Of a DNA stretch of 64,000 nt, positions 56,910 to 64,000 are shown one piece after another; positions within the stretch are counted from its first letter, which is position 1, and each line of letters begins with the position of its first letter. The notes under the pieces are model-generated. The model saw only the letters and a program-made list of their open reading frames with translations, made no database searches and was not told the origin of the DNA. The position numbers and the translations under genes are program-made. This DNA comes from Porphyromonas sp. (GTDB lineage: Bacteria > Bacteroidota > Bacteroidia > Bacteroidales > Porphyromonadaceae), in the NCBI GenBank assembly GCA_022772085.1, contig JALFBN010000009.1:22428-86427 (forward strand). Reading direction: 5' to 3'.

Positions 56910-58010
56910 CTATCGGGCCGGATGGACTTGCGGACCTATACTCACGAGAGCTCCCGTATCGGTATCGAACTGGATGGCAAAAAAGGTATCCTTGCTCTTG
57001 GGGATCTGATCGATGAGCGAAGCTCGAGAGCCGAACTGCGTAATCGAGAGGTCAGTCTCGGTGAGTACCTGCGATTGAATACGGATCTGCACCAAAGCAG
57101 CCCCCGGGACGTTATAGATGATACCACGCAACTTGCGCTCCTGCTTGGCAAGCTCCTCTGCGGAGAGGAGGGGGGCGCGGCGTGTCGCCCTGAGATCCAG
57201 GGTTATGGGAGTTCCCTCACGACTGGTTGCAGGGAGCAAGCCCACCACGGGAGAGAAGCGAGCAATAATACGCTGATGAATCTCCTCCTCAGGTTCGATA
57301 CGGTAGTGTTGAGTCTCCACCTCTTGGGTAGTCGTACCGACAAAGAGACGCTCCACGGCTGCAATCTGTGCCTCCAAGCGAGCAACAGCCATCGTATAAG
57401 CCTCCCCCTCACGAGGGGCATACTCACTCTTACCTGAGAGCAGATTCATCAGGTCTTCACGCAAAGAGAAGAGGTAAGTAGCAGCTATTTGGGCACGTTT
57501 GCCGAGGGAAGTTGCAAGGGCATACTCCCGAGGGAACATGGGTTCCACAACCTCTCGCATGGGGGTGAATGGGGATGGATCCAACTCTTTTTGCAGGGGG
57601 ATCGGCTCTCCATTGATCCCCGCCAAGATCCCCGTTTTCGTAAGGGCTACATAGCTATAAGGTTGGGAAGCCTTGAACTCCACTTGGTAACTGTAATGCT
57701 CATCGGGCACTCCCACCGAACGTACCTCGGCACGTTCGATGCGATAGCTCTCTTGCCGCTCGACCGGTGCCTTTTGTCCCAAAAGAAGAGGAGCATAGGC
57801 AGCATATTCTCCGGGGACTATGGATGTTTTTACGAGCGAGAGGGCAATATCCAACTGACTCTTGGGGAGATAATACACCACCCCCTCACGACCATACTCT
57901 GTCGCAGAATAGCGGACGACATCCGTTTGAGCCAGCCCCATTACGGAGCACGAAATGATGAAAGCCACCGAGAGGGCTAGTTGCTTCAAAGCCTTGTGCA
58001 TGATTCGCAT
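56910..58010 (-). CDS. DUF4831-like exported protein
   Basis: Signal peptide; GVVYYLPKS, IVPGEYAAYA, VGVPD..YQVEF, GIIYNVPG, TQFG. Confidence 0.7.
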   Translation of the reverse strand: MRIMHKALKQLALSVAFIISCSVMGLAQTDVVRYSATEYGREGVVYYLPKSQLDIALSLVKTSIVPGEYAAYAPLLLGQKAPVERQESYRIERAEVRSVGVPDEHYSYQVEFKASQPYSYVALTKTGILAGINGEPIPLQKELDPSPFTPMREVVEPMFPREYALATSLGKRAQIAATYLFSLREDLMNLLSGKSEYAPREGEAYTMAVARLEAQIAAVERLFVGTTTQEVETQHYRIEPEEEIHQRIIARFSPVVGLLPATSREGTPITLDLRATRRAPLLSAEELAKQERKLRGIIYNVPGAALVQIRIQSQVLTETDLSITQFGSRASLIDQIPKSKDTFFAIQFDTDTGALVSIGPQVHPAR

Positions 58011-58028
58011 TTACCAAATTCGTGAGAA

Positions 58029-58036
58029 CAAAACTA
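58029..58036 (-). promoter_or_regulatory. -7 promoter box (TAGTTTTG) for DUF4831-POT genes
   Basis: CAAAACTA on +, 18 nt upstream of ATG 58010. Confidence 0.45.
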
Positions 58037-58103
58037 ATCAATTCCCTTGTATTGCGCGATCTTTGCGCTAAAATTTCTCTTTTTTGCCCCGTATCGAGGT
58101 GGC

Positions 58104-59123
58104 TTATTTCGCCTTATGTTGCGCCGAAAGCATCCCACAAGCAGCGGCAATATCCTCACCTCGAGAGGTACGAATCATCGTGGGCACTCCTGCGCCATTG
58201 AGATAATCGGCGAAGCGTTGCATCTCGGCCTCCTCGGTAGAGGGCAGATCCACCTGAGGAATGCGGTGGTATCGGATCAGATTGACATGGCAATTCAGGG
58301 GGCGAATGAGCCGAAGAAGAGCCTTGGCATGGGCAATATCATCGTTAAGACCTCCGAAAACGATGTACTCAAAGGTCAAACGTCGCTGCCCCGAGAAGTT
58401 ATATTTGCGTAGCGTAGCAATGGTCTGTTCGATGGGCATGGCACGCTCAATAGGCATCATCGCAAGTCGCTCCTCGGGGAGGGCACTATGTAGACTGATT
58501 GCCATATGACACGAGCTCTCTTCAAGGAATCGGGAAAGCCCCGGCTCCAAACCAATGGAGGAGACCGTGATCCGCTTGGGACTCATCGCCAGCCCTTGTG
58601 TATGCGTTAGGCAGGAGATGCTCTGCAATACTTGGTCTATGTTATCCATAGGCTCGCCCATACCCATATAGACGATGTTGGTCAATCGGTCGCTGTCAGG
58701 TATGGAAAGGATTTGGTTGAGGATTTCGGCGGAGGAGAGGTTGCCTTTGAAGCCCTGCTTCCCCGTCATACAAAAAAGGCAATTCATCTTGCATCCCATC
58801 TGACTGGAGACACACAGCGTAGCTCGGTCGCCCTCAGGGATGTATACACTCTCTACGTAGTGCGCCCCATCACCCACAGCAAAAAGGAACTTCCGTGTTC
58901 CGTCTTTGGAGTCGGCCCGAGCTATCGGAGCCTGCCGTCCAATGCAAGCCACCTCTTCCAAAAGGGCACGGTGACGAAGGGAGATATTGGTCATCTCGGC
59001 AAAGCTCGTTACACGCTTTTTATAGATCCATTCGGCAAGCTGCCGACCGGCAAACCGCGGCATCCCAAGGGAGAGCGCCAAGCCCGCAAGCTCCTCGGGG
59101 GGCATTCCTAATAATGTTACCAT
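58104..59123 (-). CDS. rlmN: Dual-specificity rRNA/tRNA methyltransferase RlmN
   Basis: CVSSQMGCKMNCLFC radical SAM motif, MGMGEP, ISLH, FEY, RGEDIAAACGML. Confidence 0.97.
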   Translation of the reverse strand: MVTLLGMPPEELAGLALSLGMPRFAGRQLAEWIYKKRVTSFAEMTNISLRHRALLEEVACIGRQAPIARADSKDGTRKFLFAVGDGAHYVESVYIPEGDRATLCVSSQMGCKMNCLFCMTGKQGFKGNLSSAEILNQILSIPDSDRLTNIVYMGMGEPMDNIDQVLQSISCLTHTQGLAMSPKRITVSSIGLEPGLSRFLEESSCHMAISLHSALPEERLAMMPIERAMPIEQTIATLRKYNFSGQRRLTFEYIVFGGLNDDIAHAKALLRLIRPLNCHVNLIRYHRIPQVDLPSTEEAEMQRFADYLNGAGVPTMIRTSRGEDIAAACGMLSAQHKAK

Positions 59124-59133
59124 GCTCCCCTTC

Positions 59134-61350
59134 TTAATCGACTAATTCAAAATCAATCTGACGCCGCTCGAAGTCGCTATGAATGGCCCGTACCCGCACG
59201 GCATCCCCTAGGGTAAATTTACGCCGATAGCGACGACCTAGGAGGGTATAGTTCTTCTCGTCAAAGTCGTAATAATCATCATCGAGAAGGCGCATCGGTA
59301 CCAAGCCCTCGCAGTGAGAATGAGTCAATTCGACATAGATACCCCACTCGGTAACACCCGAGATCACGGCATCAAACACTTTGCCAAGGCGTGTACTCAT
59401 GTACTCGACCTGCTTATAGCGGATGGAGTCTCGCTCCGCTTTAGAAGCTACCTGCTCCTGCTCGCTACAATGCCGGGCATACGCTTCGTATTCCACCTGC
59501 GAGACGCTCCCCTCACCGGCACTATAACGCGCGATAAGGCGGTGTACCATCAGATCAGGATAGCGACGAATAGGAGAAGTAAAATGCGTGTAATAATCAA
59601 ATGACAAGCCATAGTGGCCGATATTGTCCGTGCTATACTCGGCACGAGCCATCGTGCGCACGGCGATGGTTTGGATCAGCGTAGCCTCGGGCTTCCCTTG
59701 GGATGCAGAGATCACGGCATTGAGGTTTTTGCTGATGGTCGCAGCATCGCCGGCGGACTTGAACTGATACCCGAAGCGACGGATAAAGGTCCCCATCTGA
59801 TTGAGTTTGTCGCTGTCGGGGAGGTCGTGTATGCGGTAAATGAAAGTCTTGGCTTCTCCTTTACTATTGCGTTGATTCTTGCCGAACTCGGTGGCAACGG
59901 TACGATTGGCAAGGAGCATAAACTCCTCGATTAATTCGTGTGCTGTGCCATGCGAGCGAGGGGATACATCCACAGGACGTCCCTCGGCATCAAGGACAAA
60001 CTGCACCTCTTGGGTCGTAAAGTCGATCGCTCCTTGGGCAAAACGACGGCTACGGAGCTGTTGAGCCAAGGCGTGAAGCGATAGGATCTCCTCTGCCAAA
60101 TCGCCCTCTTGAGTATCGATCACCACTTGAGCCTCTTCGTAGGAATAACGCTTGTCACTCCGAATGATGGTGCGCCCAATGCGATAGGACTGTACCTCGG
60201 CACGATCATTGAGGGTAAAGATGCAGGAAAACGCCAGACGATCCACCTCAGGACGCAGACTGCAGAGGTCGTTACAGAGACGCTCGGGGAGCATCGGAAT
60301 AGTTCGATCCACGAGGTAAACACTCGTAGCACGCTCGTAGGCCTCCTTGTCAATCACGCCTCCGGGGGTTACGTAGTAACTCACATCGGCAATATGTACC
60401 CCCACTTCGAGAAGGCCGCCATCCAAGCGACGCCACGAAAGGGCATCATCAAAGTCCTTGGCATCTTGGGGGTCAATGGTAAAGGTAGTGACGGGGCGGA
60501 AGTCCTCTCGGCGACCTATCTCTTCCTGAGGGATCTCCTCGGGAATGGCACGAGCAGCGGCCTCCGCCTCCTCAGGATAGCGATAGGGGAGATCATACTC
60601 GGCAAGAATGGCGTGCATCTCGGCATCGTTATCTCCCGACTTTCCCAATACGTCGAGCACCTCTCCTGTGGGGTCGGGCTCTTGAGCACCCCAACGAACC
60701 ATACGAACGAGCACTTTATCGTCGTGTTGCGCTCCATGGAGGCCCTCGGGAGGAAGGAGGATACGGCTATGCCCCAACGCTCGATCCTCGGTATGGAGGT
60801 AGCAGAAGCCTTGGGTGCAGACCACACGCCCCACGTAGCTGGCCCGATGACGCTGGAGGATCTCTACAATCTGCCCCGTATGGGCTCGGCGTGAACGAAG
60901 CGGAAAGAGGGCCACACGTACCCGATCGCCATCCAAAGCATGCTCGGGGTTGTTACGCTCCGAAATGATGATCTCAGCACCATCGCCATCAGGGATCACA
61001 ACGGAGTAATTCCGACGATTTTCAAAGCGACCCTCTACGGATTCACCTCCTGCCTGATAGCGGTAACGCCCGGCCTCCACACGCTCGAGCATCCCCTGCT
61101 CTACAAGCGACTCGAGGGAGCGGACTATGAGCTCCTTCTCGGGCATCGTGGTGAAACCCAATCCTGCGGCAATGGCTTTGTAATTGACCACCTCGCGAGG
61201 ATGGCGACTAAAGTATTCGATAATATATTCAACGATCTGTCTCCCCAATAGTCTTTTGCGGCGTGCGAGTTGCTTGGTGCCGGACTTACGAGCGAGGGAC
61301 TTGTGCCGTCCCTTGGGAGAAGTCGTCGATTTGGATGATTTCTTTTTCAT
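59134..61350 (-). CDS. rnr: Ribonuclease R
   Basis: FTIDPQDAKDFDDALS, GVHIADVS, RATSVY, IEEFMLLAN, YTHFTSPIRRYPDLMVHR, S1 domain. Confidence 0.97.
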   Translation of the reverse strand: MKKKSSKSTTSPKGRHKSLARKSGTKQLARRKRLLGRQIVEYIIEYFSRHPREVVNYKAIAAGLGFTTMPEKELIVRSLESLVEQGMLERVEAGRYRYQAGGESVEGRFENRRNYSVVIPDGDGAEIIISERNNPEHALDGDRVRVALFPLRSRRAHTGQIVEILQRHRASYVGRVVCTQGFCYLHTEDRALGHSRILLPPEGLHGAQHDDKVLVRMVRWGAQEPDPTGEVLDVLGKSGDNDAEMHAILAEYDLPYRYPEEAEAAARAIPEEIPQEEIGRREDFRPVTTFTIDPQDAKDFDDALSWRRLDGGLLEVGVHIADVSYYVTPGGVIDKEAYERATSVYLVDRTIPMLPERLCNDLCSLRPEVDRLAFSCIFTLNDRAEVQSYRIGRTIIRSDKRYSYEEAQVVIDTQEGDLAEEILSLHALAQQLRSRRFAQGAIDFTTQEVQFVLDAEGRPVDVSPRSHGTAHELIEEFMLLANRTVATEFGKNQRNSKGEAKTFIYRIHDLPDSDKLNQMGTFIRRFGYQFKSAGDAATISKNLNAVISASQGKPEATLIQTIAVRTMARAEYSTDNIGHYGLSFDYYTHFTSPIRRYPDLMVHRLIARYSAGEGSVSQVEYEAYARHCSEQEQVASKAERDSIRYKQVEYMSTRLGKVFDAVISGVTEWGIYVELTHSHCEGLVPMRLLDDDYYDFDEKNYTLLGRRYRRKFTLGDAVRVRAIHSDFERRQIDFELVD

Positions 61351-61393
61351 TTTTTCTGATTTAGTTGAGAGCCGCAGTCATTGGAGAGGTCGG

Positions 61394-61401
61394 CAAAGCT
61401 A
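61394..61401 (-). promoter_or_regulatory. -7 promoter box (TAGCTTTG) for rnr-rlmN
   Basis: CAAAGCTA on +, 43 nt upstream of the rnr start. Confidence 0.55.
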
Positions 61402-61479
61402 GATGGTCGGCGGTGATTCCTCTATAAAGCAAAAGACCCATATACGATACAAGGTCTGCCGGTTTGTGGCTACTCCTCC

Positions 61480-62430
61480 CTATTCCCCTTCGCGATACTT
61501 CCCCTCCTCCTCATCGCTCAGGATGCTGAGGTAGCTGATATAGCGGGAGGGAGCAATACGCCCATCGTTAAGGGCTTGGAGTACAGCACACTGAGGCTCG
61601 TTAATATGAATGCAATTATTGAAACGACAGTCGGCACTCAGAGCAAAGAACTCTCGGAAGTAGTGTGCCGTATTGGATTCGTTCATTTCGAGTGTGCCAA
61701 AGCCTTTGATCCCCGGGGTATCTATGAGATAACCACCGCCATACTCAGGAGCAATAGGGATCATGGTACTATACGTAGTCGTGTGCATACCGGTACCATG
61801 TGCTTCGCTCACGGCTTGGGTACGGAGGTGATTGTGAGGCAGGAGGGCATTGATCAGACTACTTTTGCCCACTCCCGAGTGACCACTAAGAAGTGCGGTA
61901 CGCCCTGCCACATACGCTTGGATCTGCTCAAGCCCGATCCGTTCCGTTGCGGAGATACGCACAAGCGGATAGTCCAATGGTTCATAAATCGCTTGCCACT
62001 TCCGAAAAAGCTCCTCCTCTTCATCCCCATAGAGGTCTATCTTGTTGAAGAGAAGTACAACAGGTATATCGTATGCCTCGGCAGTGGCGAGGAAGCGATC
62101 CACAAAGGTAAAGCTGGTCTCGGGGCGCATCAACGTGACCACGAGGAGAGCGACATCGATGTTGGCGGCGAGGATATGCGACTCCTTGGAGAGATTGGAG
62201 GCTTTGCGAATGATATAGTTGCGTCGGGGGATGATGCCCGTAATGTGAAAGGGGACTTCGGCATCGGAAGTGGGGATCAGTTGTACCCGATCGCCCACCA
62301 CCACGGGATTGGTGGAGCGAATTCCCTTGAGACGAAGGTTACCCTTGACCAAGGCATCGCACTCCTGCCCGCTCTCCTCGAGTCGGACATGGCAGAGGTT
62401 GCCCACGCAGCGCAGTACGAGCCCCGTCAT
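61480..62430 (-). CDS. rsgA: Small ribosomal subunit biogenesis GTPase RsgA
   Basis: Likely start MTGLVLRC (62430); FNKIDL, GHSGVGKSS, GMHTTT, DTPGIKG, CRFNNCIHINEPQCAV zinc finger. Confidence 0.97.
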   Translation of the reverse strand: MTGLVLRCVGNLCHVRLEESGQECDALVKGNLRLKGIRSTNPVVVGDRVQLIPTSDAEVPFHITGIIPRRNYIIRKASNLSKESHILAANIDVALLVVTLMRPETSFTFVDRFLATAEAYDIPVVLLFNKIDLYGDEEEELFRKWQAIYEPLDYPLVRISATERIGLEQIQAYVAGRTALLSGHSGVGKSSLINALLPHNHLRTQAVSEAHGTGMHTTTYSTMIPIAPEYGGGYLIDTPGIKGFGTLEMNESNTAHYFREFFALSADCRFNNCIHINEPQCAVLQALNDGRIAPSRYISYLSILSDEEEGKYREGE

Positions 62431-62550
62431 ATAGCCATAAGTTGCAAAAAAACGAGAGGGGCCTTCCCGATAGAGACCCATTCCGTACAAGCCGAAATCA
62501 AGATGGTACAGAATGAACTTTGGAGGGGATCGGACCGCTCTCTCTTTAGA

Positions 62551-63114
62551 TTAAACTGTCAGGATCTCCTTCTCCTTCGTGGCAAAGAGCTCGTCACAAC
62601 GGGAGATGTATTTATCGTGGATCTTTTGGATGGCGGCCTCAGCATCTTTGGCAACATCCTCGGGAGTCCCCTCGGCTTTGACACTCTTCTTCACGGCATC
62701 GATGGCATCACGGCGAGCGTTACGCACGCTTATCTTGGCCTCTTCCACCTCGCTTTTTACCTGCTTTACCAGCTGCTTACGACGCTCTTCGGTCAGAGGG
62801 GGGATGCCGATGCGGATCAAGTCCCCGTTATTTTCGGGCATGATACCAAGGGGAGAATCAATAATGGCCTTTTCGATGTCCTTGATGATTTTCTTTTCCC
62901 AAGGGGTAATCACAATGGTACGTGCATCGGGTACGGTAACCGTGCCCACCTGATTGAGAGGAGTCATCGTACCGTAGTAGGAGACCATTATATCGTCAAG
63001 GATCTTTGGATTGGCTTTCCCGGCACGGATATGCGCGAGCTTCTCATCGAGGTACTCTATGGCATTTTGCATCCCTGCTTCTGCCTGCTGTTGGTATTGC
63101 TTTACGTCACTCAT
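62551..63114 (-). CDS. frr: Ribosome recycling factor
   Basis: [39 protein letters not shown]. Confidence 0.98.
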   Translation of the reverse strand: MSDVKQYQQQAEAGMQNAIEYLDEKLAHIRAGKANPKILDDIMVSYYGTMTPLNQVGTVTVPDARTIVITPWEKKIIKDIEKAIIDSPLGIMPENNGDLIRIGIPPLTEERRKQLVKQVKSEVEEAKISVRNARRDAIDAVKKSVKAEGTPEDVAKDAEAAIQKIHDKYISRCDELFATKEKEILTV

Positions 63115-63144
63115 ATTGTCTATTGATAGGGGAATGTGTATTTG

Positions 63145-63855
63145 TTAGTTATGTACGAGGGTACCTATAGGGTCTCCACCGAGCAACTTGGAGAGGTTGC
63201 CGGGCGTATCCATATCAAACACCACAATAGGCAGGTTGTTTTCTTTGCAAAGGGTCATTGCAGTAAGATCCATTACCTTGAGGTTACGGCTGTACACCTC
63301 ATCGAAGGTAATTTCGTCAAAGCGAGTCGCCGAGGGGTCTCTCTCGGGATCTGCAGTATAAATGCCATCCACCCGAGTGCCCTTAAGCAGATAATCTGCC
63401 CCGATCTCCACGGCACGCAAAGAAGAGGCCGTGTCTGTGGTAAAGTAGGGATTACCTGTACCTGCGGCAAAAAGCGTCACATAGCCCTCCTTGAGCTTCT
63501 CAATAGCCTCATGCGAATTGTAGAGACGTGCGACGGGCTCCATACGAATGGCTGTGTAGACGATAGACTTACACCCGACGGCTCTGAGAGCCGAACCGAG
63601 GGCCAGGGCGTTAATCACCGTGGCGAGCATCCCCATTTGGTCGCCCGTCGTACGGTCGAAGCCTCGGGCTGCGCCACTCATCCCTCTAAAAATATTGCCT
63701 CCACCTATTACAATACCTATCTGACAACCACGAGCCGCCTCATGGGCGATCTCTTGGGCATAGGCTGCCAGTCTCTTATCATCGATGCCATGACCGGCAC
63801 CGGCGGCGAGCGACTCTCCGCTCAACTTGAGTAGTACTCTTCGGGCTTTCTGCAT
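63145..63855 (-). CDS. pyrH: UMP kinase
   Basis: LLKLSGESL, GGGNIFRG, DQMGMLATVIN, GTGNPYFTTD, VDGIYTADP, VMDLTA. Confidence 0.98.
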   Translation of the reverse strand: MQKARRVLLKLSGESLAAGAGHGIDDKRLAAYAQEIAHEAARGCQIGIVIGGGNIFRGMSGAARGFDRTTGDQMGMLATVINALALGSALRAVGCKSIVYTAIRMEPVARLYNSHEAIEKLKEGYVTLFAAGTGNPYFTTDTASSLRAVEIGADYLLKGTRVDGIYTADPERDPSATRFDEITFDEVYSRNLKVMDLTAMTLCKENNLPIVVFDMDTPGNLSKLLGGDPIGTLVHN

Positions 63856-63877
63856 TGCTTCTCTTTTTTACACACCA

Positions 63878-63885
63878 CAAAGATA
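63878..63885 (-). promoter_or_regulatory. -7 promoter box (TATCTTTG) for pyrH-frr-rsgA
   Basis: CAAAGATA on +, 22 nt upstream of the pyrH start. Confidence 0.6.
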
Positions 63886-64000
63886 GCAATTGTTTTCTGC
63901 TTCCCATTTTTTATTAGTCCGCAGGGAAAGTAGGGATTATTATAGCCATTGACGTGGAGAGCGTCTTCCCCTCTTTGAATTTGACACGCACCGTGAAAGT

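Noticed and set aside
61576-63126. 516-aa + strand ORF spanning rsgA, the spacer and frr
   Set aside because: Codon-aligned antisense shadow of two conserved genes that share one frame register; no protein-like motifs.

Overview
64-kb chromosomal window of a Bacteroidota anaerobe, most consistent with Porphyromonas (inference from sov/sprA, T9SS C-terminal-domain cargo, BspA-like LRR protein, 4-hydroxybutyrate CoA-transferase-like gene and recurring TAnnTTTG -7 promoter boxes). It is gene-dense and almost all genes are on the minus strand. Housekeeping content includes polA (runs off the left edge and is missing from the ORF track), ruvA, mdh, glmS, a DEAD-box helicase, nifJ/PFOR, a rubredoxin (too short for the ORF track), pepD, prmA, rlmN, rnr, rsgA, frr and pyrH. 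Surface/accessory content is three T9SS cargo genes directly downstream of sprA, a mosaic LRR T9SS protein with a partner gene, and an Ig-domain lipoprotein. I found no tRNA, rRNA, CRISPR array, IS, integrase or phage gene, and I cannot claim a complete new system. The best leads are: a tandem YccA/BI-1 pair in which one copy lost a conserved Asp; an AAA+ ATPase beside nifJ with a natural Walker B E-to-Q change; a (GT)14 tract in the pepD 3' UTR; a G14 tract and an inverted-repeat-bracketed promoter around an orphan membrane gene; and a small exported protein sharing its N-terminal module with the adjacent LRR protein. Family names come from motif recognition, not database searches.
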